Shown here one piece after another: positions 54,541 to 64,000 of a stretch of 64,000 nucleotides of DNA. The stretch is from positions 5,270,001-5,334,000 of the forward strand of contig NC_043003.1 in NCBI RefSeq assembly GCF_006345805.1, in the 5' to 3' direction. The DNA is from Octopus sinensis. Its lineage: Eukaryota. Each line of letters begins with the position of its first letter. Position 1 is the stretch's first letter. Below the pieces are notes generated by a model. The model searched no databases and was not told the origin of the DNA. It saw only the letters and a program-made list of their open reading frames with translations. The position numbers were made by a program, and so were the translations under genes.

Positions 54541-54962
54541 TTTCTAAATTTTGCCAGTGGCTTCTTTCTCCCTGAAATCCATCTACAACATCGTTTAAAG
54601 ATATACATCAATCTTGCCACCCAAGAAGAAATATATAGAAGCCTTTAAAAACCACACTACATCACCGGATGTAGGGGTGGGGATACGTTGAATGAAACTT
54701 CGAATTTCTTGTCAACCTCTCGCTGTAAAATCGACTGAAAAGCTTTGACTCAGCCTTGACATGCACATATATGTGTATGCATACATGTAAGGGTAAAAAA
54801 AAATTAACATGGTAAAATTTTTTATTTTTCGTTCCCTTCGAAATTGCTCTTAAATGGGGTTTTGGCCATTTTGACTGTTTCTTCTAGCGTGTAAATGTAA
54901 CCTGTTAAATGTAGTTTCCCTTTTGTTTAAATGTACACTATTTTATACTAAGATATGTTAAG

Positions 54963-55007
<45 letters not shown>

Positions 55008-55108
55008 ATAATATACATGTATGTATATACATAATAATGTAATGGTATATATATATAAAGTATAATATACATGTATGTATATACATAATAATGTAATGGT
55101 ATATATAT

Positions 55109-55140
<32 letters not shown>

Positions 55141-55273
55141 GCAAATCTACCTACCTATCTAGAATGATAGGAAGGTAGATAGTTATGCACATATATTTAT
55201 ATTTCAATATATACATCTCTCTCTCACACACACACATATACATATATATATGTGTGTGTGTGTGTGTGCGCGC

Positions 55274-55326
<53 letters not shown>

Positions 55327-55775
55327 TATATAAATAGACAATTATGGACATATATACATACGAGTGTCGCTATATATGTGTGAATGTATGCAATGATACG
55401 AAGTGCGTGTGTATAGACATTTCTAAATGTCTAAGTCTCTATGAATATGTTCTCGCTTTTCTGCATAAACACACACACACACACATTTCTATACAAGACT
55501 TTCTGAAAGTGTGTATGTGTAGCTGGGTGTTTATGTGTATGTACGTGCATATATTTGCATATATGTATGTGTGTGTTTGTGTGCTTTTATCCACATACAT
55601 GATGTAAGAGAAGCTGATACTAGTTCAGTTTATATTGCTCGAAGGTAACAAGCATTGTTGTCAAATACGTGTCGTGTTAGTGTGTTAATATGTAAATAGG
55701 AGTGCGTTTTCACGCCTATGTTCGTGGATACACGAGTGAGCGTGTGTGTTCTGTATGTGTATGCTAATGCCTGCT

Positions 55776-55811
<36 letters not shown>

Positions 55812-55814
<3 letters not shown>

Positions 55815-56848
55815 CCAGTGTACTAACAGCTGCAAGTAATGCGATGCAAACATTGTCATTCTGTCCACAGTCAAGACATTGTTCATCACATTTCTCAACT
55901 CACAATTACAACCGAGTTAACTAAAATCTCTCTATTGTTCGATATTCCGCTATTCTTTCATTCTTCTACTGTTTTTACTCACCAGAGACTGCGTACGCGT
56001 CAGGTGGAGCAACGCCTTCTAGCCATGTTAGCGATTCAAAGGATTATTATCAACACTTACAATTTGTCCGGTGCAAATGTGTTATCTAACTTGGAGGAGA
56101 GGAGGAAGGAGGGTGGGGAGGGGTGGGGGGGGGAAGAAAGTGGTTTGGAGGAGGTGGAGGAGGACGGTAAACGAAGGCTTGACAGGATGATGAGAGCAGA
56201 ATGAATATAGAACGAAAACAATTTATCTTTGTTCAACGCACCGATTTTGCTGCCAACTATCATCGATTGTAAACATTGAATGATACGTATAGATATACAT
56301 ACGTATTCATAAAGCATGTGATATGTGTGTGTGTGTGTGGTGTGGTGTATCCAGTGTACTAACAGCTGCAAGTAATGCGATGCAAACATTGTCATTCTGT
56401 CCACAGTCAAGACATTGTTCATCACATTTCTCAACTCACAATTACAACCGAGTTAACTAAAATCTCTCTATTGTTCGATATTCCGCTATTCTTTCATTCT
56501 TTCTACTGTTTTTACTCACCAGAGACTGCGTACGGTCAGGCTGGAGCAACGCCTTCTAGCCATGTTAGTCGATTCAAAGGATTATTCTCAACACTTACAC
56601 TTTGTCCGGTGCAAATGTTATCTAACTTGGAGGAGGAGGAGGAAGGAGGGATGGGTGGGGGGAAGAAAGTGGTTTGGAGGAGGTGGAGGAGGACGGTAAA
56701 CGAAGGTTGACAGGAATGATGAGAGCAGAATGAATATAGAACGAAATACAATTTATCTTTGTTCAACGCACCGATTGCTGCCAACTATCATCGATGTAAA
56801 CATTGAATGATACGTATAGATATACATACGTCTTCATAAAGCCATGTG

Positions 56849-56885
<37 letters not shown>
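55812..56885. repeat. Tandem duplication, ~536-bp period, each unit bounded by (TG)n
   Basis: Two near-identical units differing mostly by 1-2 nt indels. Confidence 0.95.
56520..56621 (-). CDS. Candidate phase 1-1 exon (102 nt), duplicated at 55983-56085
   Basis: Polypyrimidine tract + ttag acceptor, donor ctg|gtgagt; two-copy consensus reads (D)NICTGQSVSVENNPLNRLTWLEGVAPPDAYAVS(G), but each copy alone is broken. Confidence 0.45.
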
Positions 56886-56891
<6 letters not shown>

Positions 56892-57064
56892 TGTGTGTGT
56901 TTTGCAAGATTCCTGATGTGAAATCGTGTGTTGAAACAGACATTGTTGAATCTTGGGATGGGAATTTTTGATTTTTTGCTAAATATATACACAAGCATTA
57001 TATATATATGTTCTTTATCCGTTTATTACTGTTATTTTAAAATATTATTTTAACTCATGTCCAT

Positions 57065-57109
57065 TATCCAAAAATATTTCGTCACACATCTGTGACCTCT
57101 TCAGCGACA
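57065..57109 (-). ncRNA. Hammerhead motif, canonical core, inside a short fold-back insert (~57003-57270)
   Basis: tgtcg CTGAAGA g gtcac-agatgt-gtgac GAAA tattttt ggata: perfect 5-bp stem II, poor stem III; inverted arms 57012-57033 and 57236-57257 (20/22). Confidence 0.55.
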
Positions 57110-57356
57110 CTTTTCGCTTTCCTGTGCGCTCCTACTCCACTTACTCCATTCTGTTCTTCTAAGATGTGCATCCTTATGTGCGCATGCGTATGTGTACTTG
57201 TTAGTGTGTGTGTGTGTGTGTTGAAATAAGATACGAACAGTAATAAACGAGTAAAGATAAAATATATAGTGCGTGTGTTTATTTCGCAAAAAACATGACA
57301 ATCCGAAATCCGATACCATATGTATATGTATACATACACATATATGTATGTGTGTG

Positions 57357-57406
<50 letters not shown>

Positions 57407-57409
57407 CAC

Positions 57410-57449
<40 letters not shown>

Positions 57450-57584
57450 CATATATGTATATATATATATGTATGTATATATATATATATACATATATGT
57501 ATTATGTATGTATGAGTGTATATATATATATATATATATACATACATATATACATATACATATATGTATTGTGTATGTATGTGT

Positions 57585-57643
<59 letters not shown>

Positions 57644-57659
57644 CTTTATTTAAATTGTT

Positions 57660-57765
57660 GAATTTTCTGCTGCTTTAAATAAAGCATATTACCCTACCAC
57701 TGGTATTTGAGTACTCTTTTTTCCACCTTGTTTCACATTTATGTTTACTCCGGTATATATATACA
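57660..57765 (+). mobile_element. Family D 3' tail fragment between (TA)n tracts
   Basis: gctgc...gcatattac.ctacc...gagtact.tttttccaccttgtttc.c.tttatg matches 30680-30770. Confidence 0.7.
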
Positions 57766-57835
57766 TATATATATATAACATATATATATATTACATATAT
57801 ATATATATACATATATATTATATATATATACATAC

Positions 57836-57979
57836 ATACACTCTTCTAATGGTTCTCTCCTTGTATATAGAGATATAGGAATCTAATGCTTGAAACATAT
57901 ACATGTTATCTTTTACTTGTTTCAAGCATTATATTCCTATATCTCTATATACAAGGAGAGAACCATTAAAAGAGTGTAT
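57836..57979. repeat. Inverted repeat, 62-bp arms (60/62), 20-nt spacer
   Basis: Arms 57836-57897 and 57918-57979. Confidence 0.9.
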
Positions 57980-58727
57980 ACATTAGATTTTCTAAAGTAT
58001 CTAGTATGTCCTTATAATATATTACCATTACTTATTGAACTCTACGGGTTATAAGTAAAAATTGGAGGTATGCCATCAATCAATTTACTAGAAATAATCA
58101 TTGAATTAGTTCATAACATCAAAAGCCTCGTGAATAAATAAAATTAATTTCAACGAATGAAAACCATTTTTATTTTCGAGTGACTTGTAATAAATTAAAA
58201 CTACTGCCACTAAAACCGAGTTTGGGTTGGTAGCTTTACCTCTGCTGCATTCCAATAGGAAGTTACCCAAGAACACAACATAGATAAATGGATGTAGAAA
58301 ATAGGTGTAACTATTCGATTAAGAAAAAGCAGCGCCTTAAAATTTGACTGAGTTTATATGAAAATAAAAGTTTTTAAATTATATTTTGAAATCACATACT
58401 TGTAAATATATTTGTATATAATAAGAAGAACAGGGATTTCCAGTATTATTCTGCTATGAATCACGTCTTTCCATTTCTGCACCTACACATGTTTCCGCTG
58501 GATTTTGCGCACACAGCAAAATTTTGCATCTTGGTGTGCATTTTGGTGCAAATAGCCGCTTGTTCTGGGTGCCATTAACATCGTTTCAGGTCCCGTTTGA
58601 ACTAAATACAAGTCTATCTGAAGTATTTCATACCTGAGGTGTTAGAATTGTACCCGAAGCATAAAAATGTTACCGAACTTTTCTCTTTTTGCATTCTAAG
58701 AATGCTCCACATCTTCATTATTTTGCA

Positions 58728-58810
58728 AGATCTGCCACATTATTATGGGTGCACCCATATTTATATGCCACATTAATATGCTGTTGCACCCATATTAATG
58801 TGGCAGATCT
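58728..58810. repeat. Nested palindrome / inverted repeat
   Basis: Arms 58728-58753 and 58785-58810 (25/26), overlapping a perfect 16-bp palindrome tatgggtgcacccata. Confidence 0.85.
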
Positions 58811-59133
58811 CCTCGCACTACATTCTAACAATCCTAATTCTTTGATGAAAAAATAGAATCAATCTTAATTTTTTTTTTCTGTACAGAGACCGAGGCGCCA
58901 ATGTGAAAGTTGAGCCTGTCTGTCTGTCTCTCACCAGTTATAAAGGATGTATCAAAGTACGGAGCACTGTCCCACTGGACTGCAAGTCTACAACAAATGG
59001 AAACACTTCCAAATGTCGGACTCCGTCACATGTATCACCGTCTCACTGGTTCATCACCCAAAGTCTCATACAAAACATAAATAATATTAGTTTCATATTT
59101 TGCCACAATGCCTGCAATTTCGAGAGCGGCGGA

Positions 59134-59298
59134 TAATCGATTAGATGGACCCCAACGCTAAACTGGTACTTATTTCATCGACCCCAAAAGGATGAAAAGC
59201 AAACTCAACCTCGGCAGAATTTGAACTCAGGAGAGAAAGACGGCCGAAATGCCGCTAAGTATTCTGTCCAGCGTACTAAAAACTCCGACTGCTCACCA
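59134..59298 (-). mobile_element. SINE S2, diverged
   Basis: ggtacttatttcatcgacccc.aaaggatgaaa.gcaaa.tc.acctcggc.gaatttgaactcag. Confidence 0.8.
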
Positions 59299-59612
59299 TT
59301 TTAAAAGAAGAAATATTAAGGAATCTAATTTGAACTTTATACCGCGTAAAATTGACGTTTATTTACTGTAAACATCTGTGCCTTATTGTTTCACAGCTTT
59401 CATTTGCTCGCATCTTATTCACTTAGAGACATTTTGTTGTTGTTCGTTTATATCATAAACATGTTGTTGTTTTTCCTAACGCAAAAACATATGTTCACCT
59501 GGGTCCGTTCTAAAAATACTACCAAGAATAACGTAGCGGCTTTCTTTGTAATGTACACACGATTACTTGCATACGCAGTAAAAGACACACGAAAACAACA
59601 CACGCATAATTA

Positions 59613-59651
<39 letters not shown>

Positions 59652-59719
59652 GGATAGATAAACATAAAGACATACAAAGAAACAAAAGTACATACATACA
59701 GGCACTTATAGCGATAAAT

Positions 59720-59887
59720 AGATAGTTCGGTATGCAGACAGGACAGACAAATGCACAGGCAGGCAGACAGAAAGAGACAGATAGAAAGAGATAGATGGAT
59801 AGAGAGATAGACAGGTAGATAGATAGACAGGTAGATAGGTAGGTATGTAGGTAGATAGATAGATAGATAAATACATAGGTACGTAGG

Positions 59888-59938
<51 letters not shown>

Positions 59939-59951
59939 GTACGTAGGTAGG

Positions 59952-59991
<40 letters not shown>

Positions 59992-60120
59992 GATAGATAG
60001 ATAGATAGACAGGTAGATAGACAGGTAGATAGACAGGTAGATAGAGAGACAGACAGATAGAAAGACAGACAGACAGATAGTTAGACAGGTAAATAGATAG
60101 ATAGACAGACAGACAGACAG
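59720..60120. repeat. (TAGA)n/(CAGA)n microsatellite
   Basis: Directly visible. Confidence 0.95.
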
Positions 60121-60157
60121 GGCTGCACACAGATGGGACAAGTTACAAGGTAGAGCT

Positions 60158-61190
60158 TTTCTTTTGGGGGATGAAGAGAACAAAAAACAAAAGAAAGAAA
60201 AAAGGGGGTGGCGTAGGTTTTCGATCAAGAGGGATCGTAAAAGGGAAGAAAAGAACAAAAACAAAAAAAAAACAAAACAAAAAAATTGAATAAAATAAAA
60301 AGAATAAAAAGAAAAAAAAAGAAAAGGAACAAAAGGAAAGAGAAATGAAAAAAGAAGAAAAAAGGGGAAAAAAGGGGAAGAGGAAAAAAAAGAACGATCA
60401 ATAGGGATCGTGTATCACAGTGTTATGATATATGGTGTAAAGGGGAAAGCAAGTAAGGTTTATCCGTGGGAAGAAAAGCCTACGAAAAAGACCACGGTAA
60501 CCTTGGTCAATATTGTTATATGTTACCACATTTGTTGCAAGTGGGTAACCCTCTGTTTTCAATTCTGGGTTCATAGGATTATGCTCAAGTGGCTTCGTCA
60601 TTCATACGTGCATCCTTGCTACATTCACCCATCTTTTTTAAAACATTCGCTAGACAAAACTTGCCTCTCTACTCTCACTTTCCTTTTCAAGTGGTACTTG
60701 AAGAAGTTGATGAGAGATTGACCAGAGAGGAAAGCATTTGTCTCCAATCTTTCAGACGCGTCCACCAGATACATTCTTTCGCCATAGCCACAAGGATGAT
60801 GAAAATAGCTCTTCCTTCCCGTGTGAAGGAAGGAGGCGTGACAATATTGACGATAGACTCGGCTGATAAACCGACTCGTCCCACACGTGACAGCAGTCGT
60901 TCGACATAAGCCCACAGGTCGGAAATTGTTGGACACGGCACGAGTGCGTGCAGAACGCTTTCGTCGCTCTGACCGCATCTCGGGCAGGTCGGCCCCGTGT
61001 TTCTCGAGCCGTGTCTGTAGAGCTTATCCCGAACGGGTAGCGCTTCTCGGTAGCACTGCCAGGCCAGGATCTCTGGAAGTTGTCCATGAGCCCTGGCCCG
61101 AAAGTCGTCCTGAACAGGCGGGTCAGGTACTCCTCGTCGACGTCCAGGTTCGCCCCGAGCTCGTCGTCGTACCTCCCCTCCACTAATCCC
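60158..61190 (-). mobile_element. L1/Tx1-clade LINE 3' fragment (second subfamily)
   Basis: LAWQCYREALPVRDKLYRHG...TCPRCGQSDESVLHALVPCPTISDLW; clearly paralogous to 14870-15300; T-rich 3' UTR. Confidence 0.88.
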
Positions 61191-61235
<45 letters not shown>

Positions 61236-62397
61236 TAGGTAGATAGATAGACAGGTAGATAGAGAAAGAGAGAGACAGACAGACAGGCACGATACGATGG
61301 CTTTTCACACAGTCTCCATAAGTAAATGGTAGAAAACAATGCCACTGCATCGCTGTCTGATCGAATATGAAACTTGGTTACAATAAAACTAAATGCTGAA
61401 CCACGCAGCCAATGCTATTATCATTACACACAGATATTAAAGGAACATGTTACAGAGAGAGAGAGAGACAGAGTGTGAAGTCTTTAAGTGTATTTAAATT
61501 CCGATTAGAAAAATACTTTACATTCAACGCTATTGTTCTCAAAGGTATTGAAATAAATTGAAGGAACTACTTGATGTGTGTGTGTGTGTGGTGGAGTGAT
61601 TGTGAGGGTGAGTGAAGAGGTTAGCTCTAGACATAAACCGTTGTGTAAGCCAGGGAAGGATGAGAGGTTATTAAACTGTAATGAAATGGTGAAATATCAA
61701 AGAGAAAGATATCATAGCATGATAATTAGGTAATATCAAGTGGAGAAGGTTATTAGGAAGTGAAGAATATAAAGGAACACTCATAAATGACATAATGCAG
61801 GCGTAATAATACACACAAATATTCGCACACCGACAGAAGACATCGCCATGTATAATCAGACACCAAGAGAACATATATAACACACATATACAAACACAGA
61901 CACACATGTACACACATACATACATAGATACATATATACATACACACACACACATATATACATACACACACATATATGTATATGTGTATGTATATATATA
62001 TATATGTATGTATATGTGTATATATATATATATGTATGTATATATATGCACAACTGTATGTTTGCACGCACAGACAGTGTGTATGTCTATGTGTGTGTAT
62101 GTAAGTAACACGCAATCAAAGACGAGTTTGTACGTGTGTGTGTGTCTGTGTGTGGGTGGTGCGTGTTCAACAAATCTGTCTCTAATGGAATAGCTTGCTA
62201 ATTTAAGTCCATTCTAATCCATACAAGTCAATTAGACACGACTGATAGAATAAACAAATAAAAACACAAACAAACTCCACACACACACACACTCACACAT
62301 ACACATATATAAATGAACTGAAACGCATAAAGGTATATGCGTATGCATACGCATGCCAACGTACGCACACATACAAAAATACACACATATATACAGA

Positions 62398-62432
<35 letters not shown>

Positions 62433-62481
62433 TATACATACATACATTATGTATATATTTATGTATATATATTTATGTATC

Positions 62482-62513
<32 letters not shown>

Positions 62514-63584
62514 TATACATAAGTTATGTATGTATATGTATGTATGTATCTATGTATATGGGTGTATTTACATGTATATATATGTATACTCACACACGCA
62601 CACACACACACAGGTACACCATGTAAAGTCAAACCAATTGGCCCAGAGGCGATTGGTTCCTGACAAATTAAGAACAATAATTGGAAATATAAATCCTCAA
62701 TGAAAATCAATAATATTATTCACTGAGGCCGTAATCAATCAGGTTTAGAAGTCGATAATTATCTCCATAAACTTGCACATACAATACAGCATACACAGCA
62801 ACACCATCTCATATAAATACATATGTGTGTGTGTGTGTGTGTGTGTGTGTTCAGTCATACACCTGACGGGCTTCGCTTAATTATCATTTAGCGCAGGGAC
62901 AAACCCGCCACCCATTTACTCCCACTGTGATTTCATTGATCAAACTTTGATCTTTTAGACACTGTGTATTTTATGTCTATACGTGGGTGCTGAGTGTGGA
63001 TAAGCGGTTAGCAATCAAGTTGTTGCACGTTCGATCCCGTGCTTAGCATCTTCCGTAATTTCGTCATCAGCTCAGCTCAGCACATGCGAGTGAAATGTCC
63101 AAATGGAAATTGTGTAGAAGCTCACTCAAATGACTGGCCTTGTCCCCCCACCACCATTCAGACCCAACACTCAGACAAATACGGGAGTACGTTCTTATAA
63201 ATGAAACTTCCCCAATATTAAATAGGAAATATACACAATAAATACCATACCTCCATACCCACAGTTTACACAGGTACAGTAGAATAGTTAGTGGACTGTT
63301 AGGTAGATAAATGTATGTATGTATGTATGTGGGTAGGCGTGTATGTGGGTATGTGTGTGAATGCCTTTTTTTTTTAATCATAATTTTTTTGTTATATTTT
63401 CTTATATTTCTTATTTCCTATATTTTTTTTATTTCTGTATGTAAGCATTTAGATATGTAAATAAACAGATCAATATGCAGACGGATAGGTACGTAGGTTA
63501 CAACAACAGACACATATGGAGACACGGATCCACACATATAAAGATGCGCATCCATACATACAAACATGGTACATAGCTGCATAA

Positions 63585-63619
<35 letters not shown>

Positions 63620-63859
63620 TACGCATACACAAGGAGACAGAGGTGCATACATATACAAACACACGCTCACACACACACATACATAGAAAATACACAAACA
63701 CAGACGGGCAAGCACATAAATATGCAGGATACACACATACAGATGCACACACATACATACATATGCATGCACACACATATATACATACACATGCAAGCAC
63801 ACACACACACACTGACCCACACACATGCGCACAAACAAACAAAAGGGAACGCAGTGTAA

Positions 63860-64000
63860 ATAACGGACAGAGTCAAGACTATTGAAAAGGTTGCAAGACG
63901 CAACGAAAATTTTAGGAAAGAAAAAAACGAAATAAGTGTAAATTTTACTGGTAAGTATATTAAATAATAAGGTACTAAAAGAGAATGACTCTCCCCAGAC
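63860..64000 (+). mobile_element. Family C mini-element with U3:A8 hammerhead motif (63879-63915), cut by the window end
   Basis: cta TTGAAAA g gttgc-aagac-gcaac GAAA ATTT tag; downstream ga.aatgactctccccagac matches 5415-5540. Confidence 0.7.

Noticed and set aside
55001-55105. 53-bp direct repeat x2 (also a 31-bp repeat x2 near 25010 and 11-17-bp repeats at 12190-12445)
   Set aside because: No spacers, so not CRISPR-like; ordinary slippage duplications.
58887-59136. Cys-rich plus-strand ORF after a strong acceptor
   Set aside because: Another frame (YGALSHWTASLQQMETLPNVGLR) weakly resembles a LINE C-terminus; neither reading is supportable.
62620-62690. Strong minus-strand acceptor followed by [13 protein letters not shown]
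   Set aside because: No consensus donor before a stop; cannot define an exon.

Overview
AT-rich, intron-like eukaryotic DNA. Cephalopod, most likely Octopus; this is inferred from the tRNA-derived SINE families and the extreme (TA)n/(CA)n/(TAGA)n content. No complete host gene, rRNA, true tRNA or CRISPR array is visible, and almost all ORF-track entries are translated microsatellites. Mobile DNA present: many SINEs, two L1/Tx1-like LINE fragments, RTE, CR1/L2-group and RLE-type LINE scraps, a decayed mariner, an internally deleted Tc1/mariner, and two different Penelope-like elements (PLEs). One PLE is a near-intact 3 kb fold-back element (27.1-30.1 kb) with ~830 bp inverted arms; the other is an old Naiad-like relic (52.9-54.5 kb). 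The strongest unexplained signal is about 15 minimal type I hammerhead-ribozyme (HHR) motifs from at least 6 sequence families, mostly embedded in (TA)n tracts. Many have non-canonical cores (U3:A8, C4, U6), and several sit in a shared fold-back architecture. A few isolated candidate host exons exist on both strands, including one tandemly duplicated exon whose two error-like copies give an open consensus. All coordinates were read by eye and may be off by a few bases.
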